From Nannocystales bacterium (lineage in GTDB: Bacteria > Myxococcota_A > Polyangia > Nannocystales > Nannocystaceae): DNA of 64,000 bases. The number at the start of each line of letters is the position of its first letter. The stretch's first letter is position 1. A program made the translations under genes and the position numbers. Under the pieces are notes generated by a model. The model saw only the letters and a program-made list of their open reading frames with translations, was not told the DNA's origin and searched no databases. Location: NCBI GenBank assembly GCA_050633305.1, contig JBOEGF010000043.1:128001-192000 (forward strand), in the 5' to 3' direction. Of this stretch, positions 10,601 to 19,861 are shown one piece after another.

Positions 10601-10788
10601 TCGATGACCACCTCGCGCAAACCGACCCCGAGCGCTCGGAGTGGTTTCGCAGACTGCTGCAGGAGAGCGCGGAGTCGATTCAGGTGGTGGTGTTGACGTG
10701 CCGGCCCGAGGACTACGCGGCGGCGGGCGCAGGGGAGGGTGCGGCGACCCATGTCGTGGACCTCTCAACCAGCGTCGTGCGGCGCTAG
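7624..10788 (+). CDS. Rad50/SbcC/YhaN-type ABC ATPase with long coiled coil
   Basis: N-terminal Walker [10 protein letters not shown]; long Ala/Glu/Arg coiled coil; C-terminal [28 protein letters not shown] overlap with the nuclease stop. Confidence 0.92.
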   Translation: MRLRTLEVSDFGAVEQAKVSFEDGLNVLHGPNDLGKSTLAAAIRAALLLQHGSSAARPYIPWGTTRKPTVTLVLEIKGRWWRVHKAFGTSSGGKSVLEWSNDGMTYSLEEEGRGVDGRLRELLEWGLAAPGGRGGSHGFPKSFLATVLLGEQAVPYRLLEQSLDSDAEDSGKARLVEALQAMATDPLYQQVLEHAQTRVDEAFTAKGKRSTRKGSPFERVGTEIKQRREASEELISAVAESDAVVSRLAELSVRRDTALAERARIAQTVEGIEVALEEVRIRVGLQAEVDAARGALAEIERNGQEIARLHGELQSAKAAVPKAEAALEAERGAVRDAEVEFERARAAAQALSSGEDPELRAQAQARAETLRELDAEAATLQARETQLMQWRAACEERDQTLAKQQKALDVHTAAVEAQAKASAAASEAAAVHRRRADALLWMRAEGLRRRVEGLVGREAAANQAREEADAKRAEAAALAAKLGTDFPDSETRETMEASWRALQMREAALRGGVRVALALSQDIKATTDGAGPNAVAADATIDAEREVVLELGALGEMTVRPGDPSAHAALEEARSAWSVHAARLDALGIASVDALRVAATARAEVQRERDARAQEAQMLEARATPVEASELQSAKADLEAAERGLENVEDSGCKAEAEAHGDDLDAAVRESEADAERLARLAVVAAATASEAQTERRLAEERADAASKLEAAARLDGDDPVRAAEALRTALDGIAQRRSELDAQAKAEVDGMAQRTEAAQRAVTEAESARLGATEREAALRQTLDQARATQTAADAALAVRREQAQHHDAFAAAERVAQAQDALAGAPEPQVDTSQETVDAARTALVVAEEALEDAERAVRQQEGALQQVGGQVVRERSQMAREALEDARRQEAEIELDYDGWRLLLSTLREVENETGAHLGRSLGTEVATRMESLSQGRYRGASLGADLETEGVVTEQGVQALDRFSEGVKEQVATLLRVSVAEHLGTTLVLDDHLAQTDPERSEWFRRLLQESAESIQVVVLTCRPEDYAAAGAGEGAATHVVDLSTSVVRR

Positions 10789-10866
10789 CAGTCCGTGGTG
10801 AAGCCCGGCGCGGCGGATCACGAAGACGAGTGAAGCGTCGTGTCGGGTTTCACCACGGGCTGCTAG
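10785..10866. mobile_element. MITE-like 74-bp inverted-repeat element flanked by CTAG duplication
   Basis: CTAG at 10785-10788 and 10863-10866; 10785-10815 pairs with 10836-10866 (26 Watson-Crick + 5 G-T on the + strand). Confidence 0.6.
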
Positions 10867-10996
10867 GCGTACGCGGTCTCAGCGGCGCGGACACGTCTCA
10901 TGCGTCGTGCCTATCTCAAGGATTGGCAGACGCTATCGACGGATGATGGATCCGTGTCCACCGGCGTCGCGGCCTCCACTACACTTTGAGTCGGCC

Positions 10997-11218
10997 ATGG
11001 ACGAGACACCCAACTCCCCCGAGTCTGACCGACATCCAGCGTTCGGTTCTGTCGTCGCCGGTGGCGGCCTCATCGTGTTCTTGCTGTCAGGGACGGCGTA
11101 CGTAGCCGCGACCATGCTGGGCATTGATGCGCTGCTGATGCCGGCGATGATCGGCATGGGCACCGGCGTCGCATGGTTCGTGGTCTCGCGGCTGGCTCGT
11201 GTCGGCCACCAGTTGTAG
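10997..11218 (+). CDS. Small two-helix membrane protein
   Basis: 73 aa with two hydrophobic segments. Confidence 0.65.
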   Translation: MDETPNSPESDRHPAFGSVVAGGGLIVFLLSGTAYVAATMLGIDALLMPAMIGMGTGVAWFVVSRLARVGHQL

Positions 11219-11223
11219 CGCCC

Positions 11224-13053
11224 TCACGAGCGCGAGCTGATCTCTGCGACGCACAGTGCCCGAGCGGCGCGGCGGTCCGCGCTGACACCCTTCTTCATCT
11301 CGCCACTTGGCAGCGCGAACGTGGTGACGTTGCCGCGCCAACGGGCACTGGTCCAGTAGGTCCCGCGGGGACCCCTGCCGCTTTGCGAGATCCGTTTGAC
11401 GACTCCGGGGAAGACCAGCTTCCACCCTGAGAATCCCAGGTGTCCCGTCCTCCCGAGGGCGTCGCAGAAACTTCGCGCGTTGCCGTGGTCGCTCCGCTTG
11501 CCGCGACGGACCGAGAAAACGTAGCCGTTGCCCAGGTCGACGACGCCAGGAGGGAGTGCTTCGGGTTCGGGGGGCGGCGATGGCTTGGGCACCGGGGGCG
11601 GCGCTTCGAAGGCGCCCTCTGCAGGCGGTGGAGGCACGTCGGTGGCCGGGGGTGCTGTTCTTGTCCCCACGTCCGGCGTCGGTACATCTTCCAGGATGAC
11701 CACGTCGGCCTCCGGGTTCCCGACGTCGAGTTTGGGGACGACGGCGGCTGCTTCGACGGTCGGCGAGGCTGCTGGGGGAGCGGCCCGGGGGGTTGCCTCG
11801 GGAGATTGTGGCGCGGCCGGAACGGGCTCAGCCGCAGGCGGGGTGTCGGACGGCCACAGCGCCACGGCGACCGCCAATGCGACCGCGGCCAGGCCCCCCA
11901 CGAGCCAGAGTCGACGGGACGGGGAAGTTGATGCGGCGAACGGTTCTGTGGGCCGCCTCTCGATCGCGCTCTGGGCCACAGGCGGCTCTTCGGCGGGGAC
12001 ATCGCTTGTCTCGTCGGTGGGCAGGGGAATCGCGGGGCTGACCCTGGGCAGGCTTGGAGCGGTCGGACCTTCGTCGTCGGGGTCGTCGGCGTCCGGGTCA
12101 AGTTCGAGGGCCTGGCTGAGCGCTTCCTGCAACTGCGCAACGCTCCCGTAGCGGTCGTCGATGTCCTTCGACAGACATCGGTTGACAACGTCCACCAACG
12201 CCTGCGGTACGCCGGGCTTGAGCGTTTGAATTGGGACCGGATCCTCGTGGCTGACGAGCAGCAACGTTGCGGCCACAGTTGCCCCCTTGAAGGCGTGTTT
12301 CCCGGTGAGCGCCCGGAAGATGATGGCACCCACCGCCCACAGGTCGGTGCGGATCTCGGCTTGGTCGGCGCCCTTGAACTGCTCGGGCGCCATGTACTCG
12401 GGCGTCCCGAGCAGCGCGCCGTGTTCGGTGGTGATCTCCGAGCTTCCGTCGGTGAACTTCGCCACCCCGAAGTCCATCAGTTTGACGATCGGCGGCCCAA
12501 CCTTGGGCTCGTGCAGGTAGACGTTCTCCGGCTTGAGATCGCGGTGCACGATGCCTTCGGCGTGGGCGGCCTGCAGCCCGAGCAGTGCCTGTTGCACGAG
12601 GTCGACGGTTTCCTCGGGCGATAACGAACCGCGTTCGCGGATCAGCTGCGCGAGGTTTTTCCCCTTCAGCCGCTCCATCACGATGTAGGGCCCGATGGGA
12701 CCTACACCGAAGTCCAGGATCTCGCAGACGTGGGGGTGCGCGATGCGGCCGGCGGCCTTCGCTTCGCTACGAAAGCGCGCGACGAGGTCCTCGTTCTTGA
12801 GGACCTCCGGACGAATGACCTTGATGGCGACCTCTCGATCGACGGCGGTGTTGATGGCCAGCCACACCGAAGCCATCCCGCCCTTGCCCAGCTTGCGAAC
12901 GAACCGAAACTTCCCTGACAGCACCCGCCCCAGCAGCGGGAGAGCCATGTCGGTCTCCGGGCACTTGAGACGATCAGGCGGATGCGACCCAGCGCAGTAC
13001 GGGCAAGCCGGCAGGTCGTCGGATCCCGCCGCAGGTGGGGCGTGCTCGTCCAA
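11224..13053 (-). CDS. Hanks-type Ser/Thr protein kinase with TM helix and DUF1566-like C-terminal domain
   Basis: LGKGGMASV, VAIK, HRDLKPEN, DFG, GTPEYMAPE, DLWAVG; TM helix; Pro-rich linker; start uncertain (13053, 13062 or 12948). Confidence 0.93.
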   Translation of the reverse strand: MDEHAPPAAGSDDLPACPYCAGSHPPDRLKCPETDMALPLLGRVLSGKFRFVRKLGKGGMASVWLAINTAVDREVAIKVIRPEVLKNEDLVARFRSEAKAAGRIAHPHVCEILDFGVGPIGPYIVMERLKGKNLAQLIRERGSLSPEETVDLVQQALLGLQAAHAEGIVHRDLKPENVYLHEPKVGPPIVKLMDFGVAKFTDGSSEITTEHGALLGTPEYMAPEQFKGADQAEIRTDLWAVGAIIFRALTGKHAFKGATVAATLLLVSHEDPVPIQTLKPGVPQALVDVVNRCLSKDIDDRYGSVAQLQEALSQALELDPDADDPDDEGPTAPSLPRVSPAIPLPTDETSDVPAEEPPVAQSAIERRPTEPFAASTSPSRRLWLVGGLAAVALAVAVALWPSDTPPAAEPVPAAPQSPEATPRAAPPAASPTVEAAAVVPKLDVGNPEADVVILEDVPTPDVGTRTAPPATDVPPPPAEGAFEAPPPVPKPSPPPEPEALPPGVVDLGNGYVFSVRRGKRSDHGNARSFCDALGRTGHLGFSGWKLVFPGVVKRISQSGRGPRGTYWTSARWRGNVTTFALPSGEMKKGVSADRRAARALCVAEISSRS

Positions 13054-13139
13054 CGTACGCACAGTAACACCGCGGCCCGAACGCAGGTCCTGCCTCAAAG
13101 CCGGCTGAAGCTCGAAGGCTGGCGGCCGATGACGGGACT

Positions 13140-13991
13140 ATGGCGAAGGCGATTCGACCCTGTTCGGTCCTCGCGGTGGGCGCGATGCTCACGCTGGGCT
13201 GCGCTCCCCAGGTGGAGACCGTGACCGCGGATGCGGCGCAGGTCCGGGCCGCGGCTGTGCAATCCGAACTCGACGAAGCCGTGTTCGCCTATCACGAGGG
13301 CGGAGATCTCGATGCGCTGAAGTCGTGGGTGGACGCACACCCTGATCACCCGGAGTTGGACACCTGGCGTGAGGTGGTCGCGCTCCGGACGTACGAGTCG
13401 GTCGTGATCGGGGATCCCTGGACCACGGAGGCGGCCAAGGATGGGGAGGACGTCGCCGTGGCGCCGTTGCCCGAGCCCTCGACCGCCGCGCTACTCGCCC
13501 TGGTCGAGCACTACCCCGGCACGCTCGGGGCTGAGACGGCACAGGCGCTGCTCGAGACGCATGGACTTCAGCGGCTGAGCGTTCCGACGTTCAACGACTC
13601 GGTCGTCGCCTTCCTCGAGGGGCGCGACGACTGGGTTCGAGACGACCTTGGTCGAAACCTGATGCCCAACGTCGATCTCGACGCGTTTCGGGAGCGCCAC
13701 GAAACCAAGCTTCGGACCCGATTCGGGGAGCGCCTCGCCGAAGACGCATGCGTCGACTCGATGGGGTACTGCACCTGGTACGTGAAGGCCTACCCCGAGG
13801 ACCCCCGGGTCTCGGAGCTCCAGGTGGCGATGAAAGACGAGTGGTACCGCCGCGGACATCCGCGCTGGCGCGGGTCCAAGTTCGCGAACTGTGCGTACCG
13901 GTGTGCGAAGACCTGCCGGACCGACGCGGAGCCGCTGGACGACGCCTGTTATGCGCCGTGCTTCGCTGGCTGTGAAGCGGCTGCAGGCTGA
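13140..13991 (+). CDS. Hypothetical lipoprotein with Cys-rich C-terminus
   Basis: Lipobox-like LTLG-C; CAYRCAKTC...CYAPCFAGC. Confidence 0.75.
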   Translation: MAKAIRPCSVLAVGAMLTLGCAPQVETVTADAAQVRAAAVQSELDEAVFAYHEGGDLDALKSWVDAHPDHPELDTWREVVALRTYESVVIGDPWTTEAAKDGEDVAVAPLPEPSTAALLALVEHYPGTLGAETAQALLETHGLQRLSVPTFNDSVVAFLEGRDDWVRDDLGRNLMPNVDLDAFRERHETKLRTRFGERLAEDACVDSMGYCTWYVKAYPEDPRVSELQVAMKDEWYRRGHPRWRGSKFANCAYRCAKTCRTDAEPLDDACYAPCFAGCEAAAG

Positions 13992-15424
13992 GGCTTCGCT
14001 GCGTCTTTGTTGGCTCTGCGTCCGGCGAGAAGCTCTTGGAATCGAAGATCGACCCCGATCGTGAGCAGGTCGTAGCCGGTCTTGAACGCGCCGGCGTTGC
14101 CGGGCACGCCGGAGAGTCCGTCGCAGCCTGAGGGGCACGGGCGAAGCGGGCGCTGGCCGAAGACCTTGCCGAACTCTTCACTGACCGTGCGGTCTTCTTG
14201 GAAGACGTGCATGTAGCCGACGGTGAGGTACGCGCCCTTGGCCCCCGCCGTGAAGCCGCCGCCGACCCCGAACCGCCGGAAGCTGGGAAAGTCGATGCTG
14301 GAGAAGTTTTCCGGGGCAGCGGCAGTCTCGAAGAACGCGCCGGTTCGCAAGGTGAGGTAGGGCGGCAGGGGGTGCACATCTCCGCCCAGGCGAACAGACA
14401 CGGTGTCCTTCCAGTTCTTTGCGAGGGTGAGCTCCTGAAGCTCCTGGCCATTGAGCTGACCTTGCACGTCGAGGTCGAAGCTCTTGAGCATCGACCAGGA
14501 CTCGTAGACCGCGTCGAGCTCGATGTCGAACCACTCTCTCGTGCCCGTGTCGTGGATGTAGCGCAGGCCGCCGCGAACGATCACCGGCAAGGTCAGATCC
14601 ATGCTGACCTTGATCTCCTCGGTCACCAGGGTTTCTTTGTCGACCGATACGCCGCCCTTGGGCTTGAAGTAGACGGGGACGAAGCGGCTGGAGACCCCGA
14701 GTTCGAGCCGCTGGTGAGGCCGATACCAGGCTCCGATCTGCGCGGTGGCAGCCGTACGATCTTTGAGTTCGATGCTGGTGACGAGCTGTGTGCTCTCGGG
14801 GTCGGCGACTGGGCTGAGGCCCGTGGTCACGACCGAGTCCGACAGGACGGCGTAGTCCAGCTTCATGAGGTCGGCGTATTGCACCACCGCGCCGATGCCG
14901 AAGACGTCGCGCCACTTCCACGCGGCGCCCACGGTGTAGTACGCGAGCAGCACGTCCAGCTCGGTCATCATGAAGGCCTGGGGCCCGTAGCTGGGGTAGC
15001 TCTGCTTGCCGAATCCGTTGGGCCCATAGACGCCTGCGGCGAACGTCCAGTTGTCGAGCCCAAAGTCGCTGGTCACCACCAACGTCCCGAGGATCGGGAA
15101 CAAGTTGTTCTTTGCGGTGACGGGGTCGAAGGTCGTGCCCGCGTCATCGCCCCAGGCCTCGCTGAGCGTGGCCCGCGAGAACTGGGTGTGCTGCCACATC
15201 AACCCGTGGTTGTACATGACGGTGGTCCCCCGCATCTTGGCGAGCGAGCCGGGGTTGTAGTGGATGGCAGTGCCATCCTCCACGCCCACCACGTTGGCCG
15301 CACCGCGGCCGAGCGCACGGGCACCCATGTCGGGGACCTCGAACCCTCCGGCGCGTGCCTCCTGGGCGAGCCCGAGGGTAGCAACAGACGCAAGGACCCA
15401 CGGGGCCAGCCATCGGCGCAACAT
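13949..15424 (-). CDS. FadL/OmpP1 (Toluene_X) family outer-membrane transporter
   Basis: Signal peptide ARA|GGFEV, ARALGRG, AIHYNPG; beta-strand pattern; WKDT motif. Confidence 0.85.
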   Translation of the reverse strand: MLRRWLAPWVLASVATLGLAQEARAGGFEVPDMGARALGRGAANVVGVEDGTAIHYNPGSLAKMRGTTVMYNHGLMWQHTQFSRATLSEAWGDDAGTTFDPVTAKNNLFPILGTLVVTSDFGLDNWTFAAGVYGPNGFGKQSYPSYGPQAFMMTELDVLLAYYTVGAAWKWRDVFGIGAVVQYADLMKLDYAVLSDSVVTTGLSPVADPESTQLVTSIELKDRTAATAQIGAWYRPHQRLELGVSSRFVPVYFKPKGGVSVDKETLVTEEIKVSMDLTLPVIVRGGLRYIHDTGTREWFDIELDAVYESWSMLKSFDLDVQGQLNGQELQELTLAKNWKDTVSVRLGGDVHPLPPYLTLRTGAFFETAAAPENFSSIDFPSFRRFGVGGGFTAGAKGAYLTVGYMHVFQEDRTVSEEFGKVFGQRPLRPCPSGCDGLSGVPGNAGAFKTGYDLLTIGVDLRFQELLAGRRANKDAAKPQPAAASQPAKHGA

Positions 15425-15432
15425 CGTCGAGC

Positions 15433-15463
15433 AACCTACCACGCCCGCGCTGCGTGGTAGATT
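15433..15463. promoter_or_regulatory. Symmetric divergent promoter or operator
   Basis: CTACCACGC-N7-GCGTGGTAG inverted repeat; each arm supplies a TG-n-TAG(G/A)TT extended -10 facing one of the two divergent ATGs. Confidence 0.55.
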
Positions 15464-15472
15464 CACACAACG

Positions 15473-16465
15473 ATGATCGACAGAGCCTTCTTGGCAGGCG
15501 TGTCCGTAGCCTGGACCCTCAGCGCTGTCGCGTGCACCAACGGCGAGGGCAACGAGCCCAACGTTTTGCCCGACCCAACGGGGGGGAGCTCGAGCACGGG
15601 CACGAGCACCGTCGACCCCCCTACGACCACGCAGAACCCAACCTTGCCGGTGACCGGCTCCGGATCGGGCTCGTCGGGTTCCGCCGGCGGTGACCCCACT
15701 CCGGTGACCTATCGGTTCGACTGCATCGACATCCAGACGATCGGCGATGCCGACAGCACGGTCATTCAGGCGCAGCTGCTGGAGAACACGTGGGGATCGG
15801 ACATCGACCAACTCAAGCTCAACATCATGCTGGAGGCGGCTTCGCGGGACGCCGAGGCCGGGGAAGCGCTGTTGGGCATTCGGTCCGGTGTTGGTGCTGA
15901 GGCTTCGGGATTGTGCTCACAGGCCGAGACGATCAGCGACCTGATCCCAGTCGCGTTCGCTGCCGACGACACCCGCTGGGGTCCGGCATCGGCGGTCGGA
16001 GAGTGCAGCGTGCCCGCGACCGGCACGGACGGAAGCTCCTACACGATGGAGCTGCCCCCGGAACGCGTGGTCTACATTTACTCCGAGGACGACGACGTGA
16101 CGCCGTTCAACTGCACGCCGGACGCCGCTGTGCCGGACGCGGTACCGATCCGAGCGGTGCAAGCCGAGGTCTCGACCGACGCGAGTGAGGGCACCGTCTG
16201 GGGGACGCTCAACGGGTGTCTGTTGGAATCCGAAGCTCAGAGTCTGTGCTCGTGTTTGGGGTCGTGTACGGGCGAGGGGCCCGACGACCTGCAGACCGAG
16301 GGCGAATGCGCGGGCTGCCCAACGGGGGGGACGCCGCTGGCGGTTCTCCTGGGCGGTGTCAACACGTCCGAGAACTGTACGTCGATCATGGGGGCGCCCG
16401 CGTTCGACTTGCGTCTGGGCTTCAGTGGCGTGGCTCTCCCCCACGTGCCGACCGCGTGCGGCTGA
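15473..16465 (+). CDS. Cys-rich hypothetical lipoprotein
   Basis: SAVA-C lipobox, T/S/G-rich linker, many Cys. Confidence 0.8.
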   Translation: MIDRAFLAGVSVAWTLSAVACTNGEGNEPNVLPDPTGGSSSTGTSTVDPPTTTQNPTLPVTGSGSGSSGSAGGDPTPVTYRFDCIDIQTIGDADSTVIQAQLLENTWGSDIDQLKLNIMLEAASRDAEAGEALLGIRSGVGAEASGLCSQAETISDLIPVAFAADDTRWGPASAVGECSVPATGTDGSSYTMELPPERVVYIYSEDDDVTPFNCTPDAAVPDAVPIRAVQAEVSTDASEGTVWGTLNGCLLESEAQSLCSCLGSCTGEGPDDLQTEGECAGCPTGGTPLAVLLGGVNTSENCTSIMGAPAFDLRLGFSGVALPHVPTACG

Positions 16466-16481
16466 CTTTCCCACGGGAACG

Positions 16482-18131
16482 ATGACGCGCAGGTCTCGTA
16501 CGCGGCGGATCCTGGCGCTTGTCCTGCTCGGGCCGGCTCTGTTGTTCCTCTTGGCGGGTGCCTACATCATGGCGATGGGGCAGCTCGAGGGGGAGACGCG
16601 CTCCATGTCCGACGCCGTTCAATGGGCCGCCGAGACGATCACGACGACCGGGTACGGCCGCGACAACCACTGGACGCACCCGCTGATGATCGCGTTCGTT
16701 GTGGTCACGCAGTTCGTCGGGTTGGCGCTCACCTTCGTCGTGTTCTCGTTGGTCGTCGTGCCCTTCTTCGAAGAGCGGTTCGAGGCGCGACTCCCCCGAA
16801 CCGTGCCCAAGACGCGTGACTACGTCCTCGTGTTTCGCTACGGCCCCGCCGTGCTCCCACTGCTGGAGGAACTCGGCCGTGCCTCGGTGCCGACCGTGGT
16901 GCTCGAACGGGATGAGGCCGTCGCGAGGCGCCTGTTCGACCGTGGACAAGCGATCGTTTACGCGCCCGACGAGGAAGACGAACTCGATGTCACGCTGTTC
17001 GAGCGAGCCCGCGCGGTGGTGCTGGCCGGGTCGGACCAGCAGAACGCCGAAATGCTCCTCAACGCCCGGCACCTGGGTTACGAAGGTGAGTTGCTCGCCC
17101 TCGCCGACCATCCGCTTCACCGACGACCCATGATGTTGGCAGGGGCGGACGCGGTCTACACCCCGCTGCACATCCTCGCGGCTGCGATGGCGTCCCTGGC
17201 ACGCGACCGGGTGCGACCTCGTATGGAGGGCTTGGGCGGGGTCGGAGCCCTACTGCGGACCATCGAGGTGCGGGTCGCCGAGGGCAGCTCGCTCGCAGGA
17301 TCGACCCTGGCCAAATCACAGGTGCGGACCCAGACCGGTGCGACGATCGTTGGACGGTGGGTCGACGGTGCGTTTCGGCCGTTTGCCCGACCGACCGAAC
17401 CGATCGACCCCGGCACGATTCTGATGGCGGTGGGCAGCGCCGAGGCAGTCGAAGCCCTGGGAAAACTCGCGACGCCGCTGGGCCGCCGCGGACCGTTTCT
17501 CATCGCTGGCGCAGGAGAGGTGGGGCGCAAGGTCGGCGAGCTGCTGCGAGACGCCGGAGAGTCGGTGGTCGTGTTCGACAAGAACGCTCGGGATGGCTGC
17601 GACCAGGTTGGGGACGTGCTGGACCGGGATGTCCTGGTGAAGCTTAACGTCCTCGACGCGGCATGCGTCATCTTGGCGCTCAGTGACGACAGCACGACGC
17701 TTTTCGCCGCGTCGGTCGTACGAGATTGCGCTCCAGACGTTCCGATCGTGGCTCGGGTGCAACGCAGCAACAGCGTCGCTCGCATCCACCGAGCAGGGGC
17801 CGACTTTGCACTCTCGCTGGGGCAGGTCGCCGCCGAACTCCTCGCTCAGAAGATGCTCGGTGACGCGTGGATCAGCCTCGATGCACGCGTCAAGCTCCAC
17901 GAGGTGGGCAGCACCGGCTTGGAAGGACGAAGCCCGCTGCAGGCCCAAGTGGGAGCGTCGACGGGGTGTTCGATCGTCGCGGTCCGGCGCGACGAAGAGG
18001 TGACCGTGTCTTTCCCCGACGGGTTTCGGATCGAGGCCGGCGACCGGTTGTTCCTCGCCGCACCCCAAGAGGGCCTCACGCGTTTTCGCGAGCAGTTCCC
18101 GCTGGCGGAGCGCGAGGCCAAGCGGGCCTGA
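16482..18131 (+). CDS. TrkA-domain potassium channel protein (two RCK N/C pairs)
   Basis: TTTGYG selectivity filter between two TM helices; GAGEVG Rossmann motif; TrkA-C signatures. Confidence 0.9.
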   Translation: MTRRSRTRRILALVLLGPALLFLLAGAYIMAMGQLEGETRSMSDAVQWAAETITTTGYGRDNHWTHPLMIAFVVVTQFVGLALTFVVFSLVVVPFFEERFEARLPRTVPKTRDYVLVFRYGPAVLPLLEELGRASVPTVVLERDEAVARRLFDRGQAIVYAPDEEDELDVTLFERARAVVLAGSDQQNAEMLLNARHLGYEGELLALADHPLHRRPMMLAGADAVYTPLHILAAAMASLARDRVRPRMEGLGGVGALLRTIEVRVAEGSSLAGSTLAKSQVRTQTGATIVGRWVDGAFRPFARPTEPIDPGTILMAVGSAEAVEALGKLATPLGRRGPFLIAGAGEVGRKVGELLRDAGESVVVFDKNARDGCDQVGDVLDRDVLVKLNVLDAACVILALSDDSTTLFAASVVRDCAPDVPIVARVQRSNSVARIHRAGADFALSLGQVAAELLAQKMLGDAWISLDARVKLHEVGSTGLEGRSPLQAQVGASTGCSIVAVRRDEEVTVSFPDGFRIEAGDRLFLAAPQEGLTRFREQFPLAEREAKRA

Positions 18132-18161
18132 GGCGAACGCGGCCCCCAAGGACGTTCCGGG

Positions 18162-18878
18162 CTACCGCTCCAGCAGTGACTTCAGCAGCTCCGCCGACAG
18201 TCCACCGCTCGCGCCGAGGTCCATGAGTCGGCGCAGAGCGTCTTCTCGACGCGAGGTCTGGCTGGGCAGGGTCGCCAGCATCTTGATCACCCACTGGCGG
18301 CGGCGTTTGGGGATGCCGCGGAGCCGACGCCCGACCTCCTCGGCCCGCTTCGGAATCGCGGTTGCCCCTACGAGTTCTTCGCGATGGGCGTCGGTGGTCA
18401 GCACGGTCTGCGTGAACTCCCGGATGACCTTGCGAGCGTCGGAATCCAGCGGCGCATCGCCGGCCAAGACCACACACGCGGCATCGGTGAGCAGCTCTGC
18501 GAGGTTCGTCTGTCCTTCGGTCCAGGCTTCCCGCCAGAACTCGAGTTGGACACCTTCAACGCCCAGCTGGGCCGCGATGCGCTCCAGAGCGTCGCGCTCT
18601 GCGTCGGTCCGCTCGCCATCTGCGACGGCCACGGTCCATGCGTTCTCGAGGATCTCTCGGTGCGCGGACTCGGCGGGCGGTGGCAGCTGGAGGAGCATCT
18701 CCTCGAGGCGAGCGCGGTCCGAGATCGTGCTCAGCCACGCGCTGTACTCCTCCGCGTTGGCCTCGCCCTCCACCATGGCGAGCAGGAGGTCGCACTCCTG
18801 CCCGTCAAGGACTCCGTCGGCATGTGCCATCACGCCGCACGCGACGACCGTCCACTGACTCTCGAGGCTCAGTGCCAT
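18162..18878 (-). CDS. TerB-like domain protein
   Basis: MAHADGVLDGQE and AVADGERTDAE repeats; TACCAT 5 nt before the ATG. Confidence 0.8.
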   Translation of the reverse strand: MALSLESQWTVVACGVMAHADGVLDGQECDLLLAMVEGEANAEEYSAWLSTISDRARLEEMLLQLPPPAESAHREILENAWTVAVADGERTDAERDALERIAAQLGVEGVQLEFWREAWTEGQTNLAELLTDAACVVLAGDAPLDSDARKVIREFTQTVLTTDAHREELVGATAIPKRAEEVGRRLRGIPKRRRQWVIKMLATLPSQTSRREDALRRLMDLGASGGLSAELLKSLLER

Positions 18879-18921
18879 GGGGCATGGTATCGCGGACGCC
18901 GGTCGTGGGAAGCTCTGCTCG

Positions 18922-19794
18922 ATGCAGGCGCCGCGCATGTGGCTGGGTTGCCCGATCTGGGGCCGCAAGGACTGGGTCGGCGAGCTGCTGGCACCGGGCA
19001 CCAAGTCGTCCGAGTTCCTCCGTGGGTACGCGGAGGTGTTCGACGCGGTCGAGGGGAACACGACCTTCTACGCGACCCCGCCTGAGGACATCGTCCGACG
19101 CTGGGTCGATGCCACCGCAGAGTCGTTTCGCTTCTGCTTCAAACTACCCAAGACGGTGACGCATGAGCGAGGGCTGATCGCCGCCGCGGGGCTGACCGAA
19201 CGATTTCTCGAGCGGATGCGCCCCCTGGGTCCCCGGTTGGGCCCGTTCATGATCCAGCTTCCCCCCAGCTTCGGGCCTCCGCGCCTCTCGGTCCTACACG
19301 CGTTCCTGCGCGGCCTCCCACGTGATCTTCGCTTCACCTTGGAGGTTCGCCACCGTGGGTTCTTCTCCGAAACTCCCGCGGAGAAGCGTCTGACTGCGAT
19401 GCTGATCGAACACGACATCGAGCGGGTGGTCCTGGACACCAAGGCGATCTACGCCGACATCCCGGTCGATGAGGAGCTTCGTGTCGCGCGAGAGAAGAAG
19501 CCCCGCATCCCGATCCCGACGGTCGTCGAGGGGAAGAACCCGGTGTTGCGTCTCATCGTGCCGCCGAGCCCCCAGGTGGCCGTACCGCGTATCGACGCCT
19601 GGATCTCCCGCGTCGCGGCGTGGCTCGCCCAGGGACGCTCTCCGTACGTGTTCCTGCATTGCCCCGACGACTTTCACGCGCCTCGACTGGCACGTACGTT
19701 TCACGACCGCCTCGCGGAGCGCTTGGGGACGGAGTCGATGGCACCGTGGCCCGCCGAGCGCGCCCCCGCGAAGGCCCAGACGAGTCTGTTCTAG
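18922..19794 (+). CDS. DUF72 (YecE-like) protein
   Basis: LGCPIW, VEGNTTFYATP, FRFCFKLPK, QLPPSF, EVRH, FLHCPD. Confidence 0.9.
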   Translation: MQAPRMWLGCPIWGRKDWVGELLAPGTKSSEFLRGYAEVFDAVEGNTTFYATPPEDIVRRWVDATAESFRFCFKLPKTVTHERGLIAAAGLTERFLERMRPLGPRLGPFMIQLPPSFGPPRLSVLHAFLRGLPRDLRFTLEVRHRGFFSETPAEKRLTAMLIEHDIERVVLDTKAIYADIPVDEELRVAREKKPRIPIPTVVEGKNPVLRLIVPPSPQVAVPRIDAWISRVAAWLAQGRSPYVFLHCPDDFHAPRLARTFHDRLAERLGTESMAPWPAERAPAKAQTSLF

Positions 19795-19861
19795 AGCCCC
19801 GAACCGGCAGCCCTCTTGCGGAGTTCGGCAGTGAGAATCCGGGACGGGTATTGTGGCGGTC

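Noticed and set aside
10785..10866. Integron attC interpretation of the long hairpin
   Set aside because: The ends are AGC/GCT rather than AAC/GTT; there are no extrahelical bases, unpaired spacer, integrase or second site
18162..18878. TerB genes (also 61816-62247) as part of a Shango or ter defence cluster
   Set aside because: Both are isolated, with no partner ATPase, helicase or other ter genes adjacent
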